Origin: an uncultured Planctomycetales bacterium
GTDB taxonomy: Bacteria; Omnitrophota; Gorgyraeia; Gygaellales; Profunditerraquicolaceae
DNA length: 64,000 nt
Assembly: GCA_964354795.1 (NCBI GenBank)
Contig: CAYHBB010000037.1
Coordinates: 46,197 to 110,196 of the forward strand
Reading direction: 5' to 3'
The notes beneath the pieces were generated by a model. It saw only the letters and a program-made list of their open reading frames with translations. It searched no databases and was not told where the DNA came from. The translations under genes were made by a program, and so were the position numbers. Of this stretch, positions 9,636 to 19,069 are shown in pieces. The first letter of the stretch is position 1; each line of letters starts with the position of its first letter.

Positions 9636-11408
9636 TTATAGCGCAAAATCCACATCCGTTATTTGCCCAGTCTTGCCGGATTTAAATAGCGCGTCCACCA
9701 GGCACAGATCCTGAGCAGCATGCCATACGTCAAAATCATGCCGCATACGCCCTTCAGCTACATATCGCAAGAAAAGCCGTAATTCTTCCTGATACATTTC
9801 GTCAATATCATATGCGCTTTCTTCCCACAAAACCCGAGGGGCATTATTAGGCTCAGATTGGACCATAACATGTGGACGCATCAAATCATAACTCAAACAA
9901 CCCTGCTCAAATGCTATTGAGCCCGACCTGCTCATAGGGCGCTGAATATAATCCATGTGAATCTGGCTAATCGCATTTTTGTCATGATGGATCATGATAT
10001 CAGAGATCGTGTCAACCTCTAATGTGAGTCTTTCCGAACTCGGGAAAAAAGCAACAGCCTTTTTAGCTGGGCCTAATAAGCTTTGAGCGAGGTTGATCTC
10101 ATGGATCATAGTTAACGTAACGCCCCCGCCTAAATCTTTTCTCGCATAATAAGCATTTTGAAATTCCTCATAGGGATGCCAGTCTGGAAGCCATTGCCCT
10201 ACGCGACATTGAAATACGATCGGCTTACCCAAATACCCCTTTTCCATTTCTTTCTTTATGGTCTTTATAATTGGGTGCAACTGCAGGTTATAACCGACAA
10301 ACGTCACAATATTTTTTGATTTAACTAATTCAATAAATTCCTTTACGCCTTCACGAGAATTCGATAAAGGCTTTTCAATAAAAACGCCTTTGACATATGG
10401 CGCGATACGAGCCGCTATGTCTAAATGCAGGCTAGTAGGATTAGCTATTATGGCAATATCAGGCTTGAAATCAATCGTCTCGCCCCAAGTGGATAATTCC
10501 CGAGCTCCCAAATCCGATGGAATGTCTTTAAAATGGCCCTGGCGAGTGCGGAATGAGGCGATTTGGAAATATCCCAACTTGCGAAGATTTCGAATATGCC
10601 GCTGGCCGATGGAGCCGCTTCCAAAAATAATTATCTTTTCAGGGTTAAACCTATGTTTCAATTTAATTTCGGACTGTTTATTATATCTTGATAGATAAAG
10701 GTCTGCACAATTCTTATTAATGTTAATAATATGGGGATTGACATTTAAAAAATCGATTATTTCATCTAAACCGAAAACACTGCCCTCTTTATAAAGCTCG
10801 GAAAAAAGGGCCTTGAAGAAATCATAATCCTCAGGATAATCAAGAGTCATACGTATATCCGGACGGTTGTGTTTCGTATTTTCAATAGGTAAGCGGTACG
10901 TCTCAAAAAGGCCGGTATCTGTAAAATAGCGCCCCCAAACTTCTGTATCCGCTGCGTCTTTAATCTCTAAGATCTTCTTTAAAGCAGAAGGTTTCATGCC
11001 GTGAGTAAACGCTCCATGAGGAAGGTCCATCGCCGTAATAAGATCAGCCCTAGTTTTTTCAAAAGCCTCAACGACCTTATCCGCATAAACAGGATCGACC
11101 AAAGGGCAATCCGCAGTTATGGTCAAAATGTAGTCCAGGCCATATTTTACTGATGCATCGTAGAGTCTTTTAATAACATCGTCTTCGTCTCCGCGGAAAC
11201 ACTCGACCCTATTTCTCTTTGCGCAGTCTTCTAACGGATCGTCCTCCGGGTTTGTCGAAGTACATAACACGATAACATCCGTTTTCCTAGACAGCTTGAT
11301 TCGATCAAACATATGCTCCAAAAAAGGCCTATTCTCTACATTAAGTAATATCTTTTTCGCAAGCCTTGTAGACTTTAGGCGCCCAATAATCAGATAACCA
11401 ACTTTCAT
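9636..11408 (-). CDS. SpsF-type cytidylyltransferase fused to a Gfo/Idh/MocA oxidoreductase
   Basis: N-half has RLKSTRLAKK, ITADCP and RMTLDYPED; C-half has GSGSIGQRH, IEKPLS, GYNL and GGGVTLTMIHE. Confidence 0.88.
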   Translation of the reverse strand: MKVGYLIIGRLKSTRLAKKILLNVENRPFLEHMFDRIKLSRKTDVIVLCTSTNPEDDPLEDCAKRNRVECFRGDEDDVIKRLYDASVKYGLDYILTITADCPLVDPVYADKVVEAFEKTRADLITAMDLPHGAFTHGMKPSALKKILEIKDAADTEVWGRYFTDTGLFETYRLPIENTKHNRPDIRMTLDYPEDYDFFKALFSELYKEGSVFGLDEIIDFLNVNPHIININKNCADLYLSRYNKQSEIKLKHRFNPEKIIIFGSGSIGQRHIRNLRKLGYFQIASFRTRQGHFKDIPSDLGARELSTWGETIDFKPDIAIIANPTSLHLDIAARIAPYVKGVFIEKPLSNSREGVKEFIELVKSKNIVTFVGYNLQLHPIIKTIKKEMEKGYLGKPIVFQCRVGQWLPDWHPYEEFQNAYYARKDLGGGVTLTMIHEINLAQSLLGPAKKAVAFFPSSERLTLEVDTISDIMIHHDKNAISQIHMDYIQRPMSRSGSIAFEQGCLSYDLMRPHVMVQSEPNNAPRVLWEESAYDIDEMYQEELRLFLRYVAEGRMRHDFDVWHAAQDLCLVDALFKSGKTGQITDVDFAL

Positions 11409-12412
11409 GCTATATCATCCTCACGGATTACTTGATGCATTTCAATATCGCGCTTAATCGTTCTATTTATTATTCTGCCTGCTTTATCAGGGGGAATACC
11501 AAGCTCTGCGGCACGTACGAAATTGATATCGGCTTCTTGCAATTGCGTTCCGGCTTTCAAATGGCGCGCGGCAACGATGCTTTTCTTTTGGAATTTTCTG
11601 TATTTTAACTCGTCTTGAGAAAACGCCTTTGGCGCGGACAACCCTTTGGCTAATTCTAATTCTCGGACCATACGGACAAAACATTTGAATTCATCTGGAT
11701 TGAGCGCCGATTGATAATCTACTCCTTTCAATGAACGATCATGGGTGATATGCTTTTCTAAAACACTCGCGCCCATCCCTACTGACAAAGCCGGAATCCA
11801 AAATGCTGCCTCGGTATCAGCATCACAATGATCTTGATAGCCGATGGGCAATTCAAATAATTCGCCGATCTTCTTCATATAATTAAGGTGAATGTCAGAA
11901 ATTGCGATTGGAAAATTTTGGTAACCGTACATAAGAGTAATCTCGGATTGAGACACTTTTCTTATTCGCTCAATAGCTGTCTGGATTTCGGTCAAGGTAG
12001 ACGCGCCAATGCTTAAGTTGATCCTCTTGCCCGTTGCGGCAACGCTATCAAGGACATACGGATTTGATAAGTCAGATGAATTTAATTTATAGCCATCAAT
12101 AGCTAACGATTCAATAAAATCAATACTCTTATGCTCATAAACACAACATAAAATATCCATACTAGGATAGTGCTTCCGCGAATATTGAACTATTTCTTTC
12201 CACTGATCTTGACTTAATTCAATCTTTTTACACACTTCATACACGGAGTGATTGGGCGCCATCATATGAACCAAAGACCATATTTGCAATTGAATTGCAT
12301 CAGCGCCTACCTGACCTGCCCCATCAATGATCTTTCGCGCTAATTCAGGATTGCCATCGTAAGAACATGCCATTTCTGCGATAATATAAACCCTATTATC
12401 CATTTTATGCAT
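11405..12412 (-). CDS. neuB: Divergent NeuB-family synthase
   Basis: IIAEMACSYDG, ADAIQLQ, YKLNSSD, GYQDH, EKHIT and a C-terminal SAF domain. Confidence 0.8.
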   Translation of the reverse strand: MHKMDNRVYIIAEMACSYDGNPELARKIIDGAGQVGADAIQLQIWSLVHMMAPNHSVYEVCKKIELSQDQWKEIVQYSRKHYPSMDILCCVYEHKSIDFIESLAIDGYKLNSSDLSNPYVLDSVAATGKRINLSIGASTLTEIQTAIERIRKVSQSEITLMYGYQNFPIAISDIHLNYMKKIGELFELPIGYQDHCDADTEAAFWIPALSVGMGASVLEKHITHDRSLKGVDYQSALNPDEFKCFVRMVRELELAKGLSAPKAFSQDELKYRKFQKKSIVAARHLKAGTQLQEADINFVRAAELGIPPDKAGRIINRTIKRDIEMHQVIREDDIA

Positions 12413-13076
12413 ATACAGCTCGCTTTTTAATAATATCGGTTAATAAGTTAGCAACCGCTTTATGACCGCGATTATTCCAATGAAGGCCGTCAGCATTAAA
12501 ACCGTCCACATTAAGTATCTCTTCTTTTACCCTAATGAAATCGTCATGATAAATATCTTCGATGATTTTATTGTAATCTGCAATGCGTTTCAGCACTCCG
12601 GGACGAGCTCTCTCATAGCCATCCATAGAGCAAATTTCAAGCCAGAATATCCTTGAATCTTCAAAAAGTAATCTTAGTTTTCTGGCTGTCTTCCTAAAAC
12701 TTGTTTTTCTAACTCTAGAGACCTGCCTGAAACCAATTAAAGAAGGATTATTAACAAACTGATTTATCCTAGAAAATAACCGTCCCGAGATCCTAGTAAT
12801 TAGAGTTTTTTGAAACTCCGTGAAAGCTTCCGGTCGCGCATCATTGATACCAGACTGAACAATAATATAGTCGGGATCCCAATTTGAAAGATAGCCAATA
12901 GCCTGATCAATAAGCTGTTCCGTTGTAATATTTCCAAAAGATAATTGCCAAAACACGGAGTCTTTAAAGTTGCTTCTAATTATGTAGGGATAAGTTTCTT
13001 CTAGTTTGGTCATTTCCGTAACGGGAAAAGACCTTGGGTTACCAATAGAATCGGTAAGAATTATAAATTTGCTCAT
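12405..13076 (-). CDS. SGNH/GDSL hydrolase family protein
   Basis: Block I LTDSIG, block III GINDA and block V DGLH. Confidence 0.8.
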   Translation of the reverse strand: MSKFIILTDSIGNPRSFPVTEMTKLEETYPYIIRSNFKDSVFWQLSFGNITTEQLIDQAIGYLSNWDPDYIIVQSGINDARPEAFTEFQKTLITRISGRLFSRINQFVNNPSLIGFRQVSRVRKTSFRKTARKLRLLFEDSRIFWLEICSMDGYERARPGVLKRIADYNKIIEDIYHDDFIRVKEEILNVDGFNADGLHWNNRGHKAVANLLTDIIKKRAVYA

Positions 13077-13096
13077 AAAATTAATCTCATCAATAT

Positions 13097-13345
13097 TTAA
13101 CCAAGATAAGCCATAATAGTAGCTCTAATAATTTTATAACTAATGAGTGTTTCTATCTCACATTCTTCAAACTTAATATCAAATTCTGACTCAAGAGCAT
13201 CTACCATCTTTAAATGATTCTTTCCCCTCCACGTCTTTATAGTGCGCGGGGATGCATCTATGTCTATCTCATCAGCAGGCAAGTTAAACACCTTTGACAT
13301 GTTTTTCTTTATCCTGTTTTCAATCTGTGTTTTAGAATCAAGCAT
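13097..13345 (-). CDS. Acyl-carrier-protein-like protein lacking the phosphopantetheine Ser
   Basis: ACP pattern VFNL...SPRTIKTW-RGK-NHLKMVDALESEFDIKF; the canonical W-D-S-L is replaced by W-R-G-K. Confidence 0.75.
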   Translation of the reverse strand: MLDSKTQIENRIKKNMSKVFNLPADEIDIDASPRTIKTWRGKNHLKMVDALESEFDIKFEECEIETLISYKIIRATIMAYLG

Positions 13346-13369
13346 TTCAATACCCTTCCAAGCAATACT

Positions 13370-15313
13370 TTAAAACCACCCCACCAGACTTAGGCTCACG
13401 AGATTCTTAAGGTCAGTACGTTCCTGTCCTGAAACCTCTTTATCGTTGATATAATCATCCGTTAATTTCCTAAGATAACTTAAATTAAAGTGGCTCTCTT
13501 GCAAAACTTCCTCAAATTGATATTTTCTGATGGCCTCTTTAAAATACGGCTTGCCGACTGAACCATACAAAATATCAGCATCACCACTCCAATTAGGATT
13601 AATATCATAAAGATAGGAATGATATCCTGTTTGAATATGATACGGATAATCAACTTTGTTTTTTAACATCCATTTTAGCGGATATTTGGTTGGGTTGAGA
13701 TCTAATCCACGCCCCCACGACTCCGGCATAGCGCTGAGGAATGATTGAATACGGCTATCCCAAAATGGCATGCTAATACCCAGATTATAGTGATCTGATG
13801 CATTTGATAAACCCTTCACTGAACTGCCTTGCCAATGAAAACTATTGTATAGATGGAGGATCCATGAATAAAGGGTATCCGGGGTCGCTTCCTCTATAAA
13901 ATCATTAAGATATGAATCGCGCATGACAGACTGATATCTTTGCATTCCACTTTGAGTAAATAATTTACTATTGAATAGACTTAAAAATGGGATTCGTTGG
14001 CCTGATAAGAAAAAGGACTCAATGAATCTTGCCTTACGTTCTCTGGCATCCATTTTTACCGGATCATCAAATATGGAACCAGACATTCGTGATTTGAAAA
14101 TATTATAGATAAAGTCTTGGTTAGATTCCCCTTTCATCATTCTTGAGAAAAAAGATGGGCCAAAAAGATAGGCCGCCATTTTATCGCTATATTCTCTAAA
14201 ATTAAGATCCGGATGTTCAAGAATGCTAGCGAACTGAGAAAAACCAATATTATGAACACCATCGCTTATTTCACCATTAAATAGCGGATAAACGCCTTGA
14301 CTGTTCTTGGACACGTGTTCCGCTATCCTCAAAGAGTTATAATTAAAGAACGGCGAGTACAAATGGTTCGCCTTTAATGAGTCATGAATTTCTTTCCAAA
14401 AGTCCAAATATTCTTGTTTGGTATAATCAATATCTACAATATCAAGAGGCACTGAAAAATAATCGGCTATTTTTTTAGCTTTATCTACCTCAAATAGATT
14501 ATTAATTCCAGAACTTGCGGAATACTTAACGCGAGCTATCACAGCACGCACCTTTGATGGACCATAAAGTTCGGTAAGAAGCGCAAGTATGCAAGAAGAA
14601 TCCCAGCCGCTCGATAAAGATACCCAGTTACATTCATTAGAGCCTCGAATTTCCACTACAGAATGCATAAGTTCCGAGTATTCATTTAATTTATCATCCT
14701 TATAATCTTGTATCACTATTGGATCAAATCGAATAGGTCTCAGCCCTATCTTACCTTGCTTATATTCAATGTATTCGCCAACCCCCAAGCGATATATTCC
14801 TTCATAAATAGTGTGTTTCTTCGGCGCATAATTCGCATACACATGAAAAATATTTATAAGCGCCTCTTGATTATAAGCTTTTGGCGGACATACGGCTACG
14901 ACCGCTTTTAGATCAGTTGATACGACTAAGCTACTGTCCTTTAAAACATAAAAAATATCTTTGCGGTTATAGATATCTGCAAATATAATAATGTCGCTTT
15001 CGGATTTGATCAACACCCCGGAAAAATGCCCTTCAAGATTCTTAATAATATCTATCGGATGCAACTTGCCAGCCAATTCTCTCAGTAACGGATCCTCGCC
15101 TTTAGACAAATCAAGTTTATACATTGTTCCGTCTTGACGGCGAATCGCATAGACGTGTCCCCAAATAAATAGAAAACGGCCTTCACCTAGAGAAATTTTA
15201 ATTTTGGGAGACATATCAGATGCAACAAGAATGTTTTCTCCTTTATATAGAATTGCGTCTTTATCAAACAAAGAAGAAGAATTAGTTAATTTTTTGTTTA
15301 TATAAATTATCAT
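13370..15313 (-). CDS. Asparagine synthetase-like (AsnB-fold) ATP-dependent amide ligase with no N-terminal Cys
   Basis: PP-loop SLSSGWDSS, GEISD, MPFWD and Ntn-like remnants (LEGHF, TIYEGIYRL). It begins MIIYINKK. Confidence 0.8.
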   Translation of the reverse strand: MIIYINKKLTNSSSLFDKDAILYKGENILVASDMSPKIKISLGEGRFLFIWGHVYAIRRQDGTMYKLDLSKGEDPLLRELAGKLHPIDIIKNLEGHFSGVLIKSESDIIIFADIYNRKDIFYVLKDSSLVVSTDLKAVVAVCPPKAYNQEALINIFHVYANYAPKKHTIYEGIYRLGVGEYIEYKQGKIGLRPIRFDPIVIQDYKDDKLNEYSELMHSVVEIRGSNECNWVSLSSGWDSSCILALLTELYGPSKVRAVIARVKYSASSGINNLFEVDKAKKIADYFSVPLDIVDIDYTKQEYLDFWKEIHDSLKANHLYSPFFNYNSLRIAEHVSKNSQGVYPLFNGEISDGVHNIGFSQFASILEHPDLNFREYSDKMAAYLFGPSFFSRMMKGESNQDFIYNIFKSRMSGSIFDDPVKMDARERKARFIESFFLSGQRIPFLSLFNSKLFTQSGMQRYQSVMRDSYLNDFIEEATPDTLYSWILHLYNSFHWQGSSVKGLSNASDHYNLGISMPFWDSRIQSFLSAMPESWGRGLDLNPTKYPLKWMLKNKVDYPYHIQTGYHSYLYDINPNWSGDADILYGSVGKPYFKEAIRKYQFEEVLQESHFNLSYLRKLTDDYINDKEVSGQERTDLKNLVSLSLVGWF

Positions 15314-16841
15314 TTATTCTCCTCCCATAGTAGAATTCATAAGCGCCATGAAACGCTTTTGCAACACGTTCCATTTCAAATTTTGGGTCATCACCTTCTG
15401 CAACTTTCATAATAAGCTCATTAGAAACGACTAATCCGTATTCAGTTCCTCTATATATGGCTTCGGCATAACGATTGATATCATTCTCGCCAGGAACGAA
15501 TCCATCCATGATCTCCTTCATTGCTTTAATCGCATCTTCAAATGTTTTTATCATAAAAATGCTTTTGCAACCTTGGTACCATGTGCTTCCATAAACAAGT
15601 GCCGGCTTGCCTCTTACTGCTGCTTCCCAACCAGGGGTGCCGCCGATACTACAAACTGCTTGTGAGTTATCAATTAATTTATAATTATCGAATTGAAATG
15701 GAATTATTCTAACGTTCTTATATGAGATTATTTTACGATAAAAATATTCATCTCTCATTAATGAGCCTTTATCTTCTTCTTTAAAAGTATTCGGATGTTC
15801 CTTGTAATAAATCAGCCAATCATCAGGAATGATTTGAGAGATCATGTCAAGGACAAGAAAGACGTCTTCATATATCCCAGCAAAAAGATTGCTAAATACT
15901 TCCGGCTGATACGGAGCTGGAAAATAAACATATTTTTTATTTATCGCTGGCGATTCGGCAATTTTGTTATAAATTTTTTTCACCCTTCGATTCTTACGAG
16001 CTAAACTCTTCTTAAACAGGGTATATTCGAAGTTGGTTAATTTTGAACCATCTGATTCCCAAGGTTTATTATTCTTTTTAAACGACAAGCCGGATTTCTT
16101 GAATGCAGTGCCTTGAAAAATCATTTTAAATATTCGTAAATAGTCTAAGTAACGGATTCGATGAAGCTCATCAAGCTTTTTCCAATATCTCGCTATATAC
16201 TTAGGTATCTGCGGGCTCTGAGAACGCAAGCGTTCCAGATATTTCTTCACGACATCGGAAACTTCCAGACTGGCTTCGGAGAGGTAATTTTCGTTAAATT
16301 TCGATGAAAAATCTTCAAGAGAATTTCCAATGGTAAAATAATTATCGTCCAAGAAAGGCATAGGGTTAAGAAATAATACCGGAATACCATAATAATGTTT
16401 ACACAAGAGGTAAAGGGGATAATCGGATGCCAAATGAGGTAAGGTATCGGCAACAAACAGATCGGGCTTAAGGTTATTAATCACGGTATTCCAATATTTT
16501 AATACGTCGTAGTAATACCTACGCCTCTCGAAGAAGCTGAAATTCCATCCGGTAGTATCCTCCAGCCAGCTAAGATAATTCAATTCATATTTTGAAAGAG
16601 CCCCGATAATCTCCGCATCAAGAGGCGCAGGTCTTCCTAAGCGTGAATAATCAAAAACAGACTGTCTCATTGAAGTCAAATCATGAAATATGGCATTCGC
16701 ATAACGCTCCTTGGCCCATTTTCGCATTCTTTCAGTACCATGGAAGAAGACCGGATTCCAACGATACTCATCATACAGATAATCCACTATAAGCCGACGG
16801 ACATCATTGTTAAAATAAGAATAAATGACCTTCATATTCAT
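15282..16841 (-). CDS. Capsule biosynthesis KpsS/Capsule_synth-like glycosyltransferase (candidate ulosonate transferase)
   Basis: YFPAPYQPE, YYKEHP and LIDNSQAVCSIGGTPGWEAAVRGKPALVYG match the QPE/KEHP motifs of KpsS-like proteins. Confidence 0.75.
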   Translation of the reverse strand: MNMKVIYSYFNNDVRRLIVDYLYDEYRWNPVFFHGTERMRKWAKERYANAIFHDLTSMRQSVFDYSRLGRPAPLDAEIIGALSKYELNYLSWLEDTTGWNFSFFERRRYYYDVLKYWNTVINNLKPDLFVADTLPHLASDYPLYLLCKHYYGIPVLFLNPMPFLDDNYFTIGNSLEDFSSKFNENYLSEASLEVSDVVKKYLERLRSQSPQIPKYIARYWKKLDELHRIRYLDYLRIFKMIFQGTAFKKSGLSFKKNNKPWESDGSKLTNFEYTLFKKSLARKNRRVKKIYNKIAESPAINKKYVYFPAPYQPEVFSNLFAGIYEDVFLVLDMISQIIPDDWLIYYKEHPNTFKEEDKGSLMRDEYFYRKIISYKNVRIIPFQFDNYKLIDNSQAVCSIGGTPGWEAAVRGKPALVYGSTWYQGCKSIFMIKTFEDAIKAMKEIMDGFVPGENDINRYAEAIYRGTEYGLVVSNELIMKVAEGDDPKFEMERVAKAFHGAYEFYYGRRINDNLYKQKIN

Positions 16842-16900
16842 CGCTCCAAGCTTATCCTAGGTTCATTTAAAAATATCTTTTGTATTCTTATGTGGCGCCA

Positions 16901-17563
16901 TCATTTCCTTATCTTTTTTGCAGGGTTCCCTGCAACTAACTGATTTCCTTCGATATCATCAATAACCAGTGAATTGGCGGCAATGATAGTATTATCGCCT
17001 ATTGTAATATTCCCCAAAATCTGCGAGTGAGAGCACAAAACCACATCATTTCCTATTTTAGGGCCTTCCTCTATACCCTTTAAGGACCTATGTCCAACTG
17101 TACAGCCCTGGTATATCCAAAAACCCTTGCCAATCTTACATCTTGACCCTATAACTGTTCCCAATCCATGCCTTACAAGAAACCCTTCGCCAATATCCGT
17201 ACTCCAATATATCTCACAACCGCATAAAACTTTCATTAAAAAGTGTATCTGATATTTAAAATCATCTTCATATCCTTGCTTATCCATCTTTCTTGCCAGC
17301 CTATATAAAAAGACAGGCAGTCCTCCGCAATTTCTTAAAATATCAGCTTTTACTTCTTCTTCCGGTATTTCGTGGTAATGATACCGAAAATCTAGCACTG
17401 TTTCTTCAAAAGCCCTCTTTATCAACTCCTCATCATCATTGACCTGACGAGCATTAGGAATTAACTTTTGTAAGCTGAAATTAATAAAGTTTGTGATTTC
17501 CTTCAACTGATCGTAATCCATTCTTTTCTCATCTTCCTTAGAATTAAACAGGCAAACGTTCAA
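16901..17563 (-). CDS. Serine acetyltransferase-like hexapeptide-repeat acyltransferase
   Basis: HGLGTVIG...IYQGCTVG...IGNDV...ITIGDNTIIAANSLV...AGNPAK. Confidence 0.8.
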   Translation of the reverse strand: MNVCLFNSKEDEKRMDYDQLKEITNFINFSLQKLIPNARQVNDDEELIKRAFEETVLDFRYHYHEIPEEEVKADILRNCGGLPVFLYRLARKMDKQGYEDDFKYQIHFLMKVLCGCEIYWSTDIGEGFLVRHGLGTVIGSRCKIGKGFWIYQGCTVGHRSLKGIEEGPKIGNDVVLCSHSQILGNITIGDNTIIAANSLVIDDIEGNQLVAGNPAKKIRK

Positions 17564-19016
17564 GCTCTCCTTGATTTCTACGAGAATCCAAAGAATATTT
17601 CAAGCTCATTAAATATTCCTTGTCATACTTATCTTTTTTATCATAAATTAAATTGTATTTCTCCTTTACCGAATCATAGTCTTTTGTCCCTTCGAATCGT
17701 TTCAGAAAATTATCGACCCTCTTTCTTGAACGCGTATGAAAATATTGAAACGCAAATCTTCGTATAGCCAGCAAGTCATACCCATTTAAACCTGGGGGGA
17801 CATAAACAACGCCGTATGTAGAGTACTTATCAAAGTTATTGGTTAATATTCCCCCTTCTTTGATTGCTTTTTCCCTGACTTTTGTTTTTGGATATGGAAC
17901 CATATGCTGAAATCCGGGAGAATCAATGTCCAGCTTATCCGGAAAAGTTATCGTTTCCCATACCGTATCGATCGTATCTTCAGGAAATCCGATAATAAAA
18001 CCGGCATAAACTAATAAGTTTACGCTTTTCAAAATATTAACAGCGTTAATTATTTGATCTAAAGATAGATTTTTATTTGCCCTCAGCACTTCCGAGTTGC
18101 CGGATTCAATCCCGATGTTCACCGCTCTGGCCCCAACATTCCTCATTCTTATAAACATCTCTTTGTCTTTAACCGCGTCCGCACGTGTTTGAAAAGTCCA
18201 TTCAATGTCAAGCTTTTCTTTCTCGAGAATATCGCAAAATTCAAACACCCTATTTCTGTCCAGCGTAAAGACTTCATCGGCCATGCTAAAGATATTAATT
18301 TTATATTTCTTTTGGAGCCATCGAATCTCGGAAATAACCTCCTGGAAATCCCGGTTAACGACCTTTCTGTTGCATAAAATATGATTGCTGCAATAAGTAC
18401 AGCTGTAAGGGCATCCTTTGCTGGTAAATACCGAGAATCCTTTCTTCTGCGATCCATAAATACAGGGATGAAGAAAAGGGGTTAAATCAACGTCGCTCCA
18501 ATCAGGCGACCCCATGCTGTCAGAATCTATTTCTCCTCTTGGGACAACTATCATTTTGTCTTTTTCAGCAAAAACAGTTCCTGGGACATCCTTCCGTTTC
18601 GATTGTTTTCTATAGCTATCAACAATCTTTGTCATGGGCTGCTCCCCATCGCCCATAACGACATAATCACATTCTTTAAATAAATCTTCCGGACAAAGCG
18701 AGGCATGCGCTCCTCCGGCAATAAACCAAGCTTGGGAAAACATTCTTTTACTCATATTAATAATACTCAAGGCCGGCTTAAGTGAAAGTGTGAAAGGTAT
18801 TGAAATACCGATGATATCTGGCTGATACTCTTTCAGTTTCAAAAAAAGGTCTTCCAAAGTGTACTGCATAGCTGGGCAATCAAAAACCCTAAAGTCCGCC
18901 GAAAGGTTTTGTTTTCGTAAACCGTTTACAAGATAAGGAAGAGAAAAAAATAATACTTTATGATTATCATAAGGCGGATTAATCAACGCTACTTTCGTAA
19001 GATTTGGCTTTACCAT
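17544..19016 (-). CDS. B12-binding domain radical SAM protein
   Basis: PDIIGIS, AGGAHAS, GDGE, TSKGCPYSCTYC, GIESG and FIIGFP. Confidence 0.9.
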   Translation of the reverse strand: MVKPNLTKVALINPPYDNHKVLFFSLPYLVNGLRKQNLSADFRVFDCPAMQYTLEDLFLKLKEYQPDIIGISIPFTLSLKPALSIINMSKRMFSQAWFIAGGAHASLCPEDLFKECDYVVMGDGEQPMTKIVDSYRKQSKRKDVPGTVFAEKDKMIVVPRGEIDSDSMGSPDWSDVDLTPFLHPCIYGSQKKGFSVFTSKGCPYSCTYCSNHILCNRKVVNRDFQEVISEIRWLQKKYKINIFSMADEVFTLDRNRVFEFCDILEKEKLDIEWTFQTRADAVKDKEMFIRMRNVGARAVNIGIESGNSEVLRANKNLSLDQIINAVNILKSVNLLVYAGFIIGFPEDTIDTVWETITFPDKLDIDSPGFQHMVPYPKTKVREKAIKEGGILTNNFDKYSTYGVVYVPPGLNGYDLLAIRRFAFQYFHTRSRKRVDNFLKRFEGTKDYDSVKEKYNLIYDKKDKYDKEYLMSLKYSLDSRRNQGELERLPV

Positions 19017-19069
19017 AAATAAATGCCCTTTTAGTTTATCAAGTTACTTCACATAACAAGAAGATTTAT

